From Gammaproteobacteria bacterium (lineage in GTDB: Bacteria > Pseudomonadota > Gammaproteobacteria > Arenicellales > Arenicellaceae), in NCBI GenBank assembly GCA_022447525.1, contig JAKVBA010000002.1:8411-72410 (forward strand): a DNA stretch of 64,000 bases. Direction: 5' to 3'. The stretch's first letter is position 1. Each line of letters begins with the position of its first letter. The notes beneath the pieces are model-generated. The model searched no databases, had not been told where the DNA came from, and saw only the letters and a program-made list of their open reading frames with translations. This document shows positions 29,196 through 40,035 of this stretch, one piece after another. The position numbers were made by a program, and so were the translations under genes.

Positions 29196-29711
29196 TTACC
29201 ACCAATATTTGCCCCATAAATGCGGGTTCGCCCAATTATCCGCGTTTAACCAATCGGGCGTAGGTTTGTAGTCTTCGATATTGTATTTAAACAATGTCAG
29301 ACTGACCTCATCTGTGTCATAACTGTTTACCTTACTGAGCGCGAAACTGAAAAGATCAGTAAGTTGCCATGAGGATTTTGAACTTTGCTGTGACAGGGGT
29401 AGGGCGAGACAATATTGGGGTGTAAGGACATCTCTCAGTCTAGACAATACTTGATGACCTTTAGCTTGTTCTATGTGCTCAAAGAGGTTTAGCGCTATGC
29501 CAACGTCAAAACGTTCGTCAATATCCCAGATTTTATCTAACTGAGAGAGATCAAAGTGAACCACTTCGCAGGGTTGATTAATCAGTTGTTTTTGCGAAAC
29601 GTACTCATCCAAAAAAGCAGGATCTACGTTGCCAAGTAATAGGATACGGCTGGGTTGTGCCGAGTTAATCAGCGTTTCTAGGTCAAACAGAAGTTCGTAT
29701 GGTGGTGTCAT
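29196..29711 (-). CDS. Hypothetical protein with a degenerate methyltransferase-like fold and a Trp-rich C-terminus
   Basis: 171 aa. SRILLLGNVD and ALNLFEHI segments resemble class I MTase motifs I and post-II without the Gly-rich loop. It ends ...PDWLNADNWANPHLWGKYWW. Confidence 0.55.
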   Translation of the reverse strand: MTPPYELLFDLETLINSAQPSRILLLGNVDPAFLDEYVSQKQLINQPCEVVHFDLSQLDKIWDIDERFDVGIALNLFEHIEQAKGHQVLSRLRDVLTPQYCLALPLSQQSSKSSWQLTDLFSFALSKVNSYDTDEVSLTLFKYNIEDYKPTPDWLNADNWANPHLWGKYWW

Positions 29712-30011
29712 GCACGCATTGTATCTAATTTGTTCGGTTCTGCGTGATTCTGACTAAAAAAATTGCAGTACAATGACTTTAGCTGAGACGTCTGGATCTT
29801 GCTTGAATTGCGTGTAATATAGAAAAATCTATCCAATAGATACGCTTGCCTAGAATTCCAATTTTTGAGTTTTGTTTTTGAGCAAATTACTCATTGGCCA
29901 ATAGAGCTCAGTAAATCATAGATTCAAACCCATTTTCCCTTAAAAATTCGTTGTCTATCGCGGTTGGTTTGAGTAGTCTGTGGCCTTTAAAAAATCACAA
30001 AATAATTTCGG

Positions 30012-32279
30012 ATGAATTCACTCGTAGAGCAACAATCTCTTGCTCAGTTTGCTGAGCAAGCGTACCTAAATTACTCGATGTACGTAATTTTAGATCGAGC
30101 ACTGCCATTTGTTGGTGACGGTCTAAAACCGGTGCAGCGAAGAATTGTTTACGCAATGTCAGAGTTGGGCTTACATAACGCAGCAAAATACAAAAAGTCA
30201 GCCAGAACGGTCGGTGATGTGCTGGGTAAATTTCATCCTCATGGCGATAGCGCTTGCTATGAAGCAATGGTGCTCATGGCTCAGCCGTTCAGCTATCGCT
30301 ATCCGCTAGTTGATGGTCAGGGCAACTGGGGTTCTACCGACGATCCGAAGTCGTTTGCGGCGATGCGTTACACAGAATCACGATTGGCTCCATATGCACA
30401 AAGCCTTCTCTCAGAATTAGGGCAGGGTACCAGCGATTGGCAGCCCAACTTTGATGGCACAATTAAGGAGCCAAAAAGTTTGCCAGCCAGATTGCCGAAC
30501 ATACTATTGAACGGTGGTTCTGGCATCGCAGTTGGCATGGCAACTGACATACCATCTCATAATGTTCGTGAAGTAGTCGATGCTTGTATTCATCTATTAG
30601 AAAATCCAAAAGCTACTGTAGAAGACCTTTGCGAGCATATAAAAGCACCAGACTTTGCAACCGAGGCTGAAATAATTACACCAAAGTCACAGATCTTGGA
30701 CATGTACAATACTGGCAACGGCTCAGTAAAACAGAGAGCAATATTTGCAAAGGAAGATGGCAATATCGTTATCCATGCTTTGCCGTATCAAGCCTCAGGT
30801 TCCAAAGTGCTTGAACAGATAGCAGCACAAATGCAGGCTAAAAAATTACCAATGGTGAGCGACTTGCGCGACGAGTCAGATCAGGAGAACCCGGTAAGAT
30901 TAGTGGTGGTGCCTAGATCAAACCGAGTCGATATCGACTCTCTGATGGGTCATCTGTTTGCCACTACCGATCTCGAAAAGAGTTACCGCGTGAATATGAA
31001 TATGATCGGACTAGACGGCCGACCTCACGTGTTCAGTCTTCGTGAAGTACTCAAAGAATGGCTCAAATTTCGTGTTGAAACGGTGCGTCGTCGTTTGCAA
31101 TATAGGTACGATAAAGTCGTTGATCGTTTACATATATTGGAAGGCTATCTGACGGCATTTTTGAATATCGATGAAGTAATTGAAATCATTCGCAATAACG
31201 ATAAACCGAAGCCGGTATTGATGGAGCGCTTTGACCTCTCGGAGACCCAAGCCGAGGCTATTTTAGAACTTAAACTTCGTCATTTGGCTAAGCTCGAAGA
31301 GATGAAGATTCGCGGTGAGCAAGAAGAGCTAGAAAAAGAGCGCGAAAAACTGGAGTTGTTGTTAAGTTCAGATGCTAGATTGAAAACTTTGGTAAAGCGC
31401 GAACTGAAAGATGATGCCGAAGAATTTGGAGATGCTCGGCGCTCACCATTGGTAGAGCGTGACGCTGCTAAGGCCATCGATGCTAGCGACTTGGTGCCGA
31501 GCGAATCAATTACGGCGATAATGTCACAACAAGGTTGGATTAGAGCGGCTAAAGGACATGAGATCAATCCTCGCGAGCTTAATTACAAGTCCGGAGATGG
31601 TTACCAGTCGTCGGCCAGAGGTAAATCAAATCAACCTCTCATAAGTTTAGATTCGACCGGTAGAACCTATGCCTTGCCCGCACACAAATTGCCATCGGCT
31701 CGCGGCCAAGGTGAGCCTCTAACCAGTAATTTGACACCACCGATGGGAGCCACGTTTAAAGCAGTGATAATGGGTAAAGGTGACGAAAAATACGTGATGG
31801 CAAGCGATGCTGGCTACGGCTTCATATGCACCATCGACGATATGGTGACCAAAAATAAGAAAGGTAAAGCGACGCTGTCAGTGCCAAAGGGGGCCGACCC
31901 TTTAATGCCGTTGAAGGTCAATGATATGGAAACCGACTTCTTGGCTGTGGTCACTACGGCTGGCTACCTAACGATATATCCGGTAACTGAATTACCCGAA
32001 TTGGCCAAAGGCAAAGGGGTTAAACTTATCAATGTGCCAGCTAAGTTGCTAAAAGAGCGAGACGAGTATGTACTTGGTGCCACCACATTTAAGAAAGGTC
32101 AACATGTTTTGGTCCACTCTGGTAAACGTTACTTGCGCTTAAAAGGCCAAGACCTTGAAACTTATATGGGCGAACGCGGTAAGCGCGGTCGAAAATTACC
32201 TAAAGGGTTTCAAACAGTGAAGGCGATAACCACAGAAAAGGCTTCGGCCACTCAAGAAGATATTTTAATTGATCAATAA
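30012..32279 (+). CDS. parC: DNA topoisomerase IV subunit A
   Basis: 755 aa. [42 protein letters not shown], the active-site region AAMRYTE, and ParC-like length. Confidence 0.95.
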   Translation: MNSLVEQQSLAQFAEQAYLNYSMYVILDRALPFVGDGLKPVQRRIVYAMSELGLHNAAKYKKSARTVGDVLGKFHPHGDSACYEAMVLMAQPFSYRYPLVDGQGNWGSTDDPKSFAAMRYTESRLAPYAQSLLSELGQGTSDWQPNFDGTIKEPKSLPARLPNILLNGGSGIAVGMATDIPSHNVREVVDACIHLLENPKATVEDLCEHIKAPDFATEAEIITPKSQILDMYNTGNGSVKQRAIFAKEDGNIVIHALPYQASGSKVLEQIAAQMQAKKLPMVSDLRDESDQENPVRLVVVPRSNRVDIDSLMGHLFATTDLEKSYRVNMNMIGLDGRPHVFSLREVLKEWLKFRVETVRRRLQYRYDKVVDRLHILEGYLTAFLNIDEVIEIIRNNDKPKPVLMERFDLSETQAEAILELKLRHLAKLEEMKIRGEQEELEKEREKLELLLSSDARLKTLVKRELKDDAEEFGDARRSPLVERDAAKAIDASDLVPSESITAIMSQQGWIRAAKGHEINPRELNYKSGDGYQSSARGKSNQPLISLDSTGRTYALPAHKLPSARGQGEPLTSNLTPPMGATFKAVIMGKGDEKYVMASDAGYGFICTIDDMVTKNKKGKATLSVPKGADPLMPLKVNDMETDFLAVVTTAGYLTIYPVTELPELAKGKGVKLINVPAKLLKERDEYVLGATTFKKGQHVLVHSGKRYLRLKGQDLETYMGERGKRGRKLPKGFQTVKAITTEKASATQEDILIDQ

Positions 32280-32288
32280 TTCAAGATT

Positions 32289-33221
32289 ATGAATAAACTA
32301 CAACAGTTACGAGAAATGACCGTAGTGGTCGCTGATACTGGCGAGCTTCCAGCTATAGCAGAATATAAGCCTCAAGACGCTACAACCAACCCTAGCCTCC
32401 TATTAAAAGTCGCTCAAGATGCTCAGTACAGTGAAATTATTGATCGAGCGGTTGCCAACTCTAACGGCGATTTGACCGATGCTGTCGACAACTTTGGCGT
32501 GGACATTGGTTGCGAGATTCTGAAAATTATACCAGGCCGAGTATCTACTGAGGTAGATGCTAGGTTGTCATTCGATACGCAAGCAACGGTTGAAAAAGCC
32601 AGAAAATTGATCGGCTTATATAAAGACCGCGGTATCGAGAAGAATCGAATTCTGATCAAAATTGCGTCAACCTGGGAGGGTATTAAAGCCGCTGAACAAC
32701 TAGAAAAAGAAGGGATTAATTGTAATTTGACTCTACTTTTTAGCTTTGCTCAGGCCGTGGCGTGTGCCGAAGCCGGTGTGTTTTTGATCTCTCCTTTCGT
32801 CGGCCGTATTTTAGATTGGTATAAAGCGAATGGCGGACAAGAAAGCTATGCGCCATTGGAAGATCCTGGCGTGGTATCGGTAACCAAGATCTACAATTAT
32901 TACAAACAACACGGCTACAACACCATCGTGATGGGAGCTAGTTTCCGCAACACAGGTGAAATTGAGGCTTTGGCAGGTTGTGATTATTTGACGATAGGCC
33001 CTAACTATTTGGAAGAATTGCGAAACGACAACAGAGCGTTGACCTGTCAATTATCTGTAGATAACACCGGCGAAGCACAAGCAAAATTAAGTTTGGATGA
33101 GAAGACGTTTAGATGGATGCAAAATGAAGATGCCATGGCTACCGAGAAGCTAGCTCAAGGCATTCGCGCTTTTGCGGTTGACCAAGTTAAATTGGAGAAA
33201 TTGATTGAGCCTAAGCTTTAA
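32289..33221 (+). CDS. tal: Transaldolase
   Basis: 310 aa. [11 protein letters not shown], Schiff-base Lys context [12 protein letters not shown], and [10 protein letters not shown]. Confidence 0.95.
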   Translation: MNKLQQLREMTVVVADTGELPAIAEYKPQDATTNPSLLLKVAQDAQYSEIIDRAVANSNGDLTDAVDNFGVDIGCEILKIIPGRVSTEVDARLSFDTQATVEKARKLIGLYKDRGIEKNRILIKIASTWEGIKAAEQLEKEGINCNLTLLFSFAQAVACAEAGVFLISPFVGRILDWYKANGGQESYAPLEDPGVVSVTKIYNYYKQHGYNTIVMGASFRNTGEIEALAGCDYLTIGPNYLEELRNDNRALTCQLSVDNTGEAQAKLSLDEKTFRWMQNEDAMATEKLAQGIRAFAVDQVKLEKLIEPKL

Positions 33222-33301
33222 GCTCGAAAGACATCGTTTTGCATTGAAGGTGGCGTCAGTGACTTGCGTCGCCTCCGGCTCGTTGGTGCCCCATACCTAG
33301 T

Positions 33302-33664
33302 ATGAAAGTAGCAATTTTACTATTGAGCCGATATTGGCATTGGTTAACTGCCTTTATTTTGTCAGTCATTACCCTGCTTTCACTTACCCCTTTGCCGAGT
33401 CTCCCCGAGGTTCCTGGATCAGATAAGGCCCATCATTTAGTGGCGTATGGCGCATTGATGTTTCCGGCTTTTATATCCGAGCAAAAGTTCAAATTTGCAT
33501 TGATGCTTGTGTTTGCCCTCTGGAGCGGGGGTATAGAGTTGATACAACCGTTTGTTAATCGCTATGGAGAGTGGCTTGATCTGGCAGCCAATATTTGCGG
33601 TCTCGCTATCGGGGCTGTGCTGGGTTGGCTTTTTGCAAAAATCTATTCGATTAATGCAGACTGA
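33302..33664 (+). CDS. VanZ-family membrane protein
   Basis: 120 aa with 4 TM segments. DKAHHLVAYGAL and GGIELIQ motifs are typical of VanZ-like proteins. Confidence 0.7.
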   Translation: MKVAILLLSRYWHWLTAFILSVITLLSLTPLPSLPEVPGSDKAHHLVAYGALMFPAFISEQKFKFALMLVFALWSGGIELIQPFVNRYGEWLDLAANICGLAIGAVLGWLFAKIYSINAD

Positions 33665-34995
33665 GTGTTTTTTTGAACCAACATCCATGCAGCAAAGGCG
33701 CCGAGTAGTCCCAGTCCTGCTAAACTGCAGAAATAGATTTCATAAGCTTGCTTCTCGGGTAAGTGATCGATTAAGTAGGCACGCCATGCAGGTAGATAAG
33801 CGTGAGGCGCGTACCCAATCAAAGAAATTAGTCCTATTGCCAAGCCCTTAACGTGATTGGAAATATCACAACGCTCAATCGTGGCCCAATAGATACCTCG
33901 AATACCGTAGGTTAGGAAGCTGATAAATATGATCATTGCTAACAAGATGACTACGCTGCTTGTGACTGGAGCGTAGGCTAACCCAACCAGCCCAATTGCA
34001 TTTAAAATCATCAAGACAGCGAGTGTTTTTTCGTTGTTAATTTTATCGCCGATGAAGCCAGATGCAACGGCGCCAACCGGTCTCATCCAGAGGCTGGCAG
34101 TCATAATCGACCCTACGGTTACCGCTGTCAGGCCGTAATGATTTTGCAGGTACGCTGAGAATGAATAGCTGCCCCAATACATTTGGTAGCCCATCAGTAT
34201 GCACACTGAGCAAAGCCAAACTTGTGGCTGCCTAGCGACGGTAAAGATATCATCTCTTAAGGTCGATTTATTTGTCGTTATTGAGCTATTTACTTCAGCG
34301 TCTTTTGAACTTAATGCAAAATACGAGATTGGGGTAAGCACGAGCATGGCGATGACGTACATCCATATTACCCTCTGCATTGCTGCAGAGGTATCCTGTT
34401 GCGGGCCATTCATCGCATAGGCAAAAAGAGCAACCGCGCAGGTAGCTAACACGGCCTCTACTAATCCTCGACCGCCCTCTAATATACCAAAAAAACGACC
34501 CTGTTCATCAGGTCTTGCCAGAAGAGTTGTGGCTTTGATTAACGCCGCCCAAAACGTCAACCCAGCGGCTAAGCCCCATCCTGCGAAAATAATTCTGGTT
34601 TCGAAAAAGCTTGGAAGCGTGGCGAACCAAATGCCCAGTAAAGCGGTGGTCAGTAAAGAAAAAGACATCAATACTCTGGGCGCTATTCGATCGGCTAACC
34701 AACCGCTTGGGAGGTAAGTGATCATGTAGATCACTCCGAGCATAGAGTAGTTCTGTGCCAATTGCTGAGAGGTGATTCCCAGAGAATCGAGTAGACTGAC
34801 CTCGAAGTTTTGTCTGAGGTAAATTAGTGGATAGATATTGCCTGCGACTATAACTAGTACAGCGAGTTTTAAATATCGAAGGTTTAGCGAGTCTTTCTCG
34901 TTTTTATCAGTCAAACTGGTTTCCAATTTTAAATTCATCACACAATTGTGTGCAAATGAGTGTAGTGTTACGGCTTCGATTGTCCCTAACACCAT
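33643..34995 (-). CDS. MFS transporter
   Basis: 450-aa ORF with about 12 TM segments and the motif GWLADRIAPRV. The true start may be the internal Met at 34938. Its 3' end overlaps the convergent VanZ gene by 22 nt. Confidence 0.8.
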   Translation of the reverse strand: MVLGTIEAVTLHSFAHNCVMNLKLETSLTDKNEKDSLNLRYLKLAVLVIVAGNIYPLIYLRQNFEVSLLDSLGITSQQLAQNYSMLGVIYMITYLPSGWLADRIAPRVLMSFSLLTTALLGIWFATLPSFFETRIIFAGWGLAAGLTFWAALIKATTLLARPDEQGRFFGILEGGRGLVEAVLATCAVALFAYAMNGPQQDTSAAMQRVIWMYVIAMLVLTPISYFALSSKDAEVNSSITTNKSTLRDDIFTVARQPQVWLCSVCILMGYQMYWGSYSFSAYLQNHYGLTAVTVGSIMTASLWMRPVGAVASGFIGDKINNEKTLAVLMILNAIGLVGLAYAPVTSSVVILLAMIIFISFLTYGIRGIYWATIERCDISNHVKGLAIGLISLIGYAPHAYLPAWRAYLIDHLPEKQAYEIYFCSLAGLGLLGAFAAWMLVQKNTQSALIE

Positions 34996-35021
34996 AACAA
35001 AAAAAGAGTGGGAGTGTTTGT

Positions 35022-36332
35022 ATGAATAAAAATGCCATCAAAGGAATATTTCAATTATCAGTTTTGAAGTCGGGGCTCGTGTCTGTATTGATATTGCTTT
35101 GCCTTCCCAAGTTTGCCATGGCAGTTGGTGAGCTTAAAGTTGAAAAAGCTGAACGCACTGGAATGTCCAGTGAAAGACTAAAGCGCATCACGCAGATGGC
35201 CAATCGTCATATTGATCAAGGCAACTACCCCGGCATGGTTACTATGGTGGCCCGTAATGGTCGAGTTGTACACCTCGAGGCGGTGGGAAAAATGGGATTA
35301 GTTGACTCGCGTCCCATGCAAACCGATACTCTATTTCGTATTTACTCTATGACCAAGCCAGTAACGGCGATTGCGGCAATGATGTTATATGAGGAAGGCA
35401 AATTTGGGTTGGACGATCCTGTATACAAATACATCCCAGAGCTTAAAGATCTAAAAGTCTGGGCGGATGGCGAAGAAGTGCCTGCTGAGACCCCGATGAC
35501 CATGCGACAGTTGTTTATCCATACGGCGGGCCTCACCTATGGGTTTACGCCTGATAACCCAGTGGACATCGCTTATAACGAACAAAATGTGTTAAACACT
35601 AAAGATTCGGATGAATTCATCGAAAAAGTATCCGCTTTGCCGCTGCGATTTCAGCCAGGCAAGCGTTATCACTATAGTGTCTCAGTAGATGTGCTTGGCG
35701 TGGCAATTGAACGAATGAGCGGATTATCCCTTACTGATTTTTTTGAGTCTCGCTTGTTTGCCCCGCTTGGCATGAAAGACACTTTTTTTAACGTGCCCGA
35801 AGATAAATTAGATCGTTTTGCTGGAGATCATTTTTTTGACGCTAAAACCGGAAAAGTTCTCCCAGTACCAGCTGAAAAACAAAGAGACTTTAGCAACAAC
35901 GGAATGTTTAGTGGTGGTGGTGGGCTGGTATCCACGGCCAGCGATTACATGCGTTTTTGCCAGATGGTGCTTAATGGAGGGGAGTACAATGGGGTAAGGT
36001 TGTTAAGTCCCAAAACCGTTGAGTATCTGAGCCTAAATCATCTAACGCCTGAAGTGCGTGCTAATGGTGCAAATGATTATCCGGCCTTAGCATTACACAA
36101 AGGGCAAAGTATGGGTTTGGGTTTTGGAGTGGTAACTGATCCAGCGTATATGCCAGCCACCTCAAGTAAAGGTGAAATTTCTTGGTCTGGAGCCGCCGGA
36201 ACAAAGTTTTGGATTGATCCTAAGGAACAACTTATTGCCATTGCGCTTGTGCAACTTTATCAGGCTCCATGGCCGCTTAGATACGATATGAAAGCCGCCA
36301 CATATCAGGCGATTATTAAGTTGAGTGACTAG
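35022..36332 (+). CDS. Serine hydrolase of the beta-lactamase / class C esterase family, exported
   Basis: 436 aa with a signal peptide. S-x-x-K motif (FRIYSMTKPVT), a YS-type second motif (YHYSVS) and a C-terminal WSGAAGT (KTG-like) box. Confidence 0.85.
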   Translation: MNKNAIKGIFQLSVLKSGLVSVLILLCLPKFAMAVGELKVEKAERTGMSSERLKRITQMANRHIDQGNYPGMVTMVARNGRVVHLEAVGKMGLVDSRPMQTDTLFRIYSMTKPVTAIAAMMLYEEGKFGLDDPVYKYIPELKDLKVWADGEEVPAETPMTMRQLFIHTAGLTYGFTPDNPVDIAYNEQNVLNTKDSDEFIEKVSALPLRFQPGKRYHYSVSVDVLGVAIERMSGLSLTDFFESRLFAPLGMKDTFFNVPEDKLDRFAGDHFFDAKTGKVLPVPAEKQRDFSNNGMFSGGGGLVSTASDYMRFCQMVLNGGEYNGVRLLSPKTVEYLSLNHLTPEVRANGANDYPALALHKGQSMGLGFGVVTDPAYMPATSSKGEISWSGAAGTKFWIDPKEQLIAIALVQLYQAPWPLRYDMKAATYQAIIKLSD

Positions 36333-36399
36333 TCTTTCTTGTAAAAGAAAACTTCGATTGAGCATCAGAATTCATCGAGAATAAATTTGAGTTTTCCTG

Positions 36400-36858
36400 A
36401 TGCAATTCAGTAGCCCCAAGGAGTTAGCCAGCGCTTACTTTAGATCTATTGGTGCGCCAGCGCGCGCCATCCCTGCGTATTATTTTTGTGACAATCAAAA
36501 AGACGCAGATGAGTGCGCCGACCTTGTGCTGAGTGGTGACAAGCGAGCCACGGCTAGCTCTTTGTGGTTTTATGAGGCCGAGAATGAGCCGCTGCCAAAA
36601 GCGGGTGATTTGTCGATTGTCACCAATTGGCAAGGCACTCCATTGTGCGTGATTCAAGTCGAAAAGGTGGAGATAGTGCCTTTTAATAAAGTCACGGCTG
36701 AGTTTGCCCTTTGCGAGGGAGAGGGCGATAAATCTTTGGAGTATTGGAGGCGCGTGCATTGGGACTACTATCACCGAGAATTGGCAGCTACAAGCAAAAG
36801 TCCGACTGATGATATGCCGATTGTCTGTGAATATTTTAAGGTGATATTTACAGCCTAG
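36400..36858 (+). CDS. ASCH domain-containing protein
   Basis: 152 aa with the ASCH-type pattern (GDKRATASS ... GTPLCVIQVEKVEIVPFNKVTAEFALCEGEGDKSLEYWRRVH). Confidence 0.8.
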   Translation: MQFSSPKELASAYFRSIGAPARAIPAYYFCDNQKDADECADLVLSGDKRATASSLWFYEAENEPLPKAGDLSIVTNWQGTPLCVIQVEKVEIVPFNKVTAEFALCEGEGDKSLEYWRRVHWDYYHRELAATSKSPTDDMPIVCEYFKVIFTA

Positions 36859-36995
36859 AAATATATGTCTCTTCTTAGCTGAGTCTGGTCCCTACAAAAC
36901 ACAACTGCTCGTTTTTCATCGGTTTACTTTCATTAATTACCTACTTTGCTTCGGTATATTATCGAAGTTGTTAATTTTCCGAATAGTGAGTACGT

Positions 36996-37838
36996 ATGTC
37001 TTTGCGCACCATTTTTTCTGTTGTTCTACTTTCTGTTTTTACCAGTCTTGGTACGACATTCCTAGCGAGTAAATTTAGCAGTGGTGATAATTCTTTAACT
37101 TCTATTCAAGTAAGCCAGCTTGATTTGGCGTCGTTGCAGGAAAGAATTAACGAGCTCGAGCAAGACCGCAGAGTCTCTGCTTCAGCCGGGCAATTGCAAC
37201 AGCCAAATTTGAACAGTCCTTCACCAGCTTTATTAGTCAGAGGTCAGACTGATATAGAAGGAGAAGTCGAGGACAGTGCCGAGGGAAACGAGCAAGCAAG
37301 ATTGGCTGATGACTTTAGAAGCAGACCTGTTGTCGCAAGAGAACGAGATGTAAGACGACAAAATTTAGTGCAAGGAGGTTTTACGGTAGAGGAGGCTGAT
37401 TGGGTTCTTCAGCAGGAGAGCGATGTCCAACTTGATTCTCTTTTTACTCAATACGAAGCAAGAAAGAAGCAAACCGATTTAAACCGTGAAAATGGAATCC
37501 AGGCTCCCACGCGTAACGAGCAACTCAAAGCCAAGCTGGGGCTAGATTATTATGAGCGATATCTTGAGGCTAATGGCTACAGCACCTCCATTAATATCGG
37601 TTCTGTTTTGCGAGGGTCACCTGGAGAGAATGCAGGATTACAGGCTGGCGATCAAATTCTCTATTACGGTGGTGAAAGAGTTTTTAATATCAGAGAGCTA
37701 AATGGTTTGACTCTTCTGGGTGAGCCCGGACAGTCAGTTCTTATTGAGCTGGAGCGCGATGGCGCACCAATGCAGTTAACGATCCCAAGGGGTCCGATAG
37801 GAATAATGAGTGGCCGTCGAGGCCGAAATCGGTTTTAG
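36996..37838 (+). CDS. Membrane-anchored PDZ domain protein
   Basis: 280 aa. N-terminal TM, coiled-coil or low-complexity linker, and a C-terminal PDZ (GSPGENAGLQAGDQILYYGGERV). Confidence 0.7.
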   Translation: MSLRTIFSVVLLSVFTSLGTTFLASKFSSGDNSLTSIQVSQLDLASLQERINELEQDRRVSASAGQLQQPNLNSPSPALLVRGQTDIEGEVEDSAEGNEQARLADDFRSRPVVARERDVRRQNLVQGGFTVEEADWVLQQESDVQLDSLFTQYEARKKQTDLNRENGIQAPTRNEQLKAKLGLDYYERYLEANGYSTSINIGSVLRGSPGENAGLQAGDQILYYGGERVFNIRELNGLTLLGEPGQSVLIELERDGAPMQLTIPRGPIGIMSGRRGRNRF

Positions 37839-37853
37839 TCTTGACGTTTGACC

Positions 37854-39068
37854 TCATAGTGACCCAGTGGCAGTTATTATGGACTTGATACCCAGTGCTA
37901 GGGTAAAAACCAAAACTAGGCACCCCAGCGCATTTGCCATCCATCCATTGCGGTAGTCGCCCATCACCTTTGTTTGATTGGCAACGAAAAGTAAAAACCC
38001 TGCTACGATTGGTAAAAGTAAGCGATTGGCAAACTGCGCCATCAAAATAAGGTTAAGTGGTTTCCAGCCCAGAAGGGTTAAGGTTGTACCAATCCAAAGA
38101 ATGCTTAATGCAACGAATTTAAACCCAAGAGATCGTTGACTGTTCTCAAATTTGAATACCTCGGTCATTACTAATCCGGTTGCCAGAGGGGCCGTGATGG
38201 CACTGCTTAGACCCGCAGCTAGTAGTCCTAGGCCCATCATATACTTCGCTGATACACCAAACAGAGGTTCTAACTGTTGAGCCATATCGGCCGCATTATT
38301 TACCACTAATCCTTTACTAAAGAGGCTTGATGCCGCAGTCGACATAATTAGTATTGCGATTAGTCCCCCCAGCCCAATTGAAAGGATGGTGTCGCCTCGA
38401 GCTTCTGATAATTGCTTTTTACCGCGCCATCTTTTTGTTGCGGCCGACGCGTGTAGGAATAAATTATACGGAACTACGGTTGTACCTATTAATGCGACAG
38501 TCGCCAATAGGGCCTTATCGTTAGGCATGCTTATGGAGAGGGCTTGGCTGATAAGCGCGTTTAAGTCTGGTTTAATGGCGATGAATGTAGCCACGAATGC
38601 CAGTGCCATTAGGATCACCAAAGTAATCAACGCTCGTTCGATCATTTTGTAAGACCCTAAGATAAGCACCACGGTTGAGACTCCAGCTATCATCAGTGTC
38701 GAGATGGTTTTATGTTCCTCACCGACTAATGCACTGGCACCCAAGACTGCTCCAGCAATATTGCCTCCCTCATAAGCAGCGTTGCCAATACAAAGGGCAG
38801 TAATAATGAGAAGCAGCATCGGCCATTTACATATCGAAGAGTCGAGCGTGTCAATCAGAGCTTCCCCGAGACCTTTGCCGGTAATTGTTCCTAGGCGCGC
38901 ACTCATTTCTTGAAGGAAGATGGTAGCGAAGGTGGCAAATATCAGTGCCCAAAGTAGTGTGGTGCCGAAGTTAGCTCCTGCTAGGGTGCTGGTAGTGACG
39001 GTACCAGGCCCGATAAAAGCGGCTGAGACAAGAACGCCGGGGCCTAAGTTTTTAACTTTTGAAAGCAT
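37854..39068 (-). CDS. NRAMP-fold (SLC11-like) transporter with a non-canonical metal site
   Basis: 404 aa, collinear with MntH (LGPGVLVSAAFIGPGTVTTSTLAGANFGTTLLWALIF; ALIGTTVVPYNLFLHAS). TM1 DPGN is replaced by GPGT, and TM6 A-x-x-MPH is replaced by T-x-x-VPY. Confidence 0.85.
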   Translation of the reverse strand: MLSKVKNLGPGVLVSAAFIGPGTVTTSTLAGANFGTTLLWALIFATFATIFLQEMSARLGTITGKGLGEALIDTLDSSICKWPMLLLIITALCIGNAAYEGGNIAGAVLGASALVGEEHKTISTLMIAGVSTVVLILGSYKMIERALITLVILMALAFVATFIAIKPDLNALISQALSISMPNDKALLATVALIGTTVVPYNLFLHASAATKRWRGKKQLSEARGDTILSIGLGGLIAILIMSTAASSLFSKGLVVNNAADMAQQLEPLFGVSAKYMMGLGLLAAGLSSAITAPLATGLVMTEVFKFENSQRSLGFKFVALSILWIGTTLTLLGWKPLNLILMAQFANRLLLPIVAGFLLFVANQTKVMGDYRNGWMANALGCLVLVFTLALGIKSIITATGSL

Positions 39069-39137
39069 GGCTTTGATGGAGTTTTAAGCGATTAATGACG
39101 GTATACTACCTCAGTTTTAATTCACGCCACTTTACTA

Positions 39138-39491
39138 ATGATGAAATTGTACCAATACCCGAAATGTTCAACCTGTGTAAAGGCGCGAAAGTACCTAGAC
39201 GCAAATGGTTTAGAAATTGAGTCGATTAATATCGTTGATCAAGCTCCTACGAAAGATGAACTGGAAATTATGCTGACAAGCTACGATGGTAATATTCGCA
39301 AGTTATTTAATACCTCGGGTATGCAATACCGAGAACTGGACATGAAGAGCAAACTGCCAAATATGAGCGATAACGAGGCTCTGGATCTGTTGGCGGGCAA
39401 TGGTATGCTAGTCAAGCGCCCCTTCCTTATCAACGGTGGTAAGGGCATTGTTGGCTTTAAGGAGGCCGACTGGGATGCGTTTTTGGCGTAA
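39138..39491 (+). CDS. ArsC/Spx-family (YffB-like) thioredoxin-fold protein
   Basis: 117 aa. N-terminal YQYPKCSTCVKARKYL, FNTSGMQYRE and LVKRPFLI are typical of the family. Confidence 0.8.
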   Translation: MMKLYQYPKCSTCVKARKYLDANGLEIESINIVDQAPTKDELEIMLTSYDGNIRKLFNTSGMQYRELDMKSKLPNMSDNEALDLLAGNGMLVKRPFLINGGKGIVGFKEADWDAFLA

Positions 39492-39530
39492 AGCCATTCC
39501 ATATCATCGAAATACTGGGATAACTTAGAC

Positions 39531-40034
39531 GTGGATGTTATCGAGCATATCGTTAGTGTATTTGAACACATCGCAAGTGTAGCCGAGAGCGTATTGAAGA
39601 GTGTCAGAATAATTCTCTTTTTCGCGGGCTTAGCTTTAATCTACATTGCGAGTCAGTTTTACTCATCGGAGTCCTCTTGGTGGTGGAATATTATCAAATG
39701 TGGAATCCCTGCAATTCCTGTGATTGTTTGGGGCATAGTTTATAGCCTATTGAATCAAGTGAAAGAGGTGCCTGAGACCGCACGAGAAGTAGTTATCGAC
39801 GAGGATGGCTTATTGAAAAACCTATCAGAACTCGATATTCAGCAAGTAAGTAGCATCCGTGGTGCTTATTCTACGCTTAAATCTTTTCGTCATCAGGAGG
39901 GTTTGGAAGAGGTAATGGAAACCATTAGCGGAGTTGGGATTCTGATAAATCCTTTTTTCTTTGTTTTGGCTTTACTCACCTTTTTCGGGCTATTTGGCCT
40001 CATCTTCATCGCCTTGCTTATGTTGGTGTTCTAA
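39531..40034 (+). CDS. Hypothetical membrane protein
   Basis: 167-aa ORF with a GTG start. Hydrophobic segments sit at both ends around a soluble acidic middle. No motif recognised. Confidence 0.45.
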   Translation: MDVIEHIVSVFEHIASVAESVLKSVRIILFFAGLALIYIASQFYSSESSWWWNIIKCGIPAIPVIVWGIVYSLLNQVKEVPETAREVVIDEDGLLKNLSELDIQQVSSIRGAYSTLKSFRHQEGLEEVMETISGVGILINPFFFVLALLTFFGLFGLIFIALLMLVF

Positions 40035-40035
40035 A

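Noticed and set aside
39961-40035. 25-codon N-terminal extension of the holD-like ORF overlapping the upstream membrane-protein gene
   Set aside because: The extension is Cys/Ser-rich and overlaps 74 nt of the preceding gene. The Met at 40036 starts right after that gene's stop and places the psi-like motif at the N-terminus.
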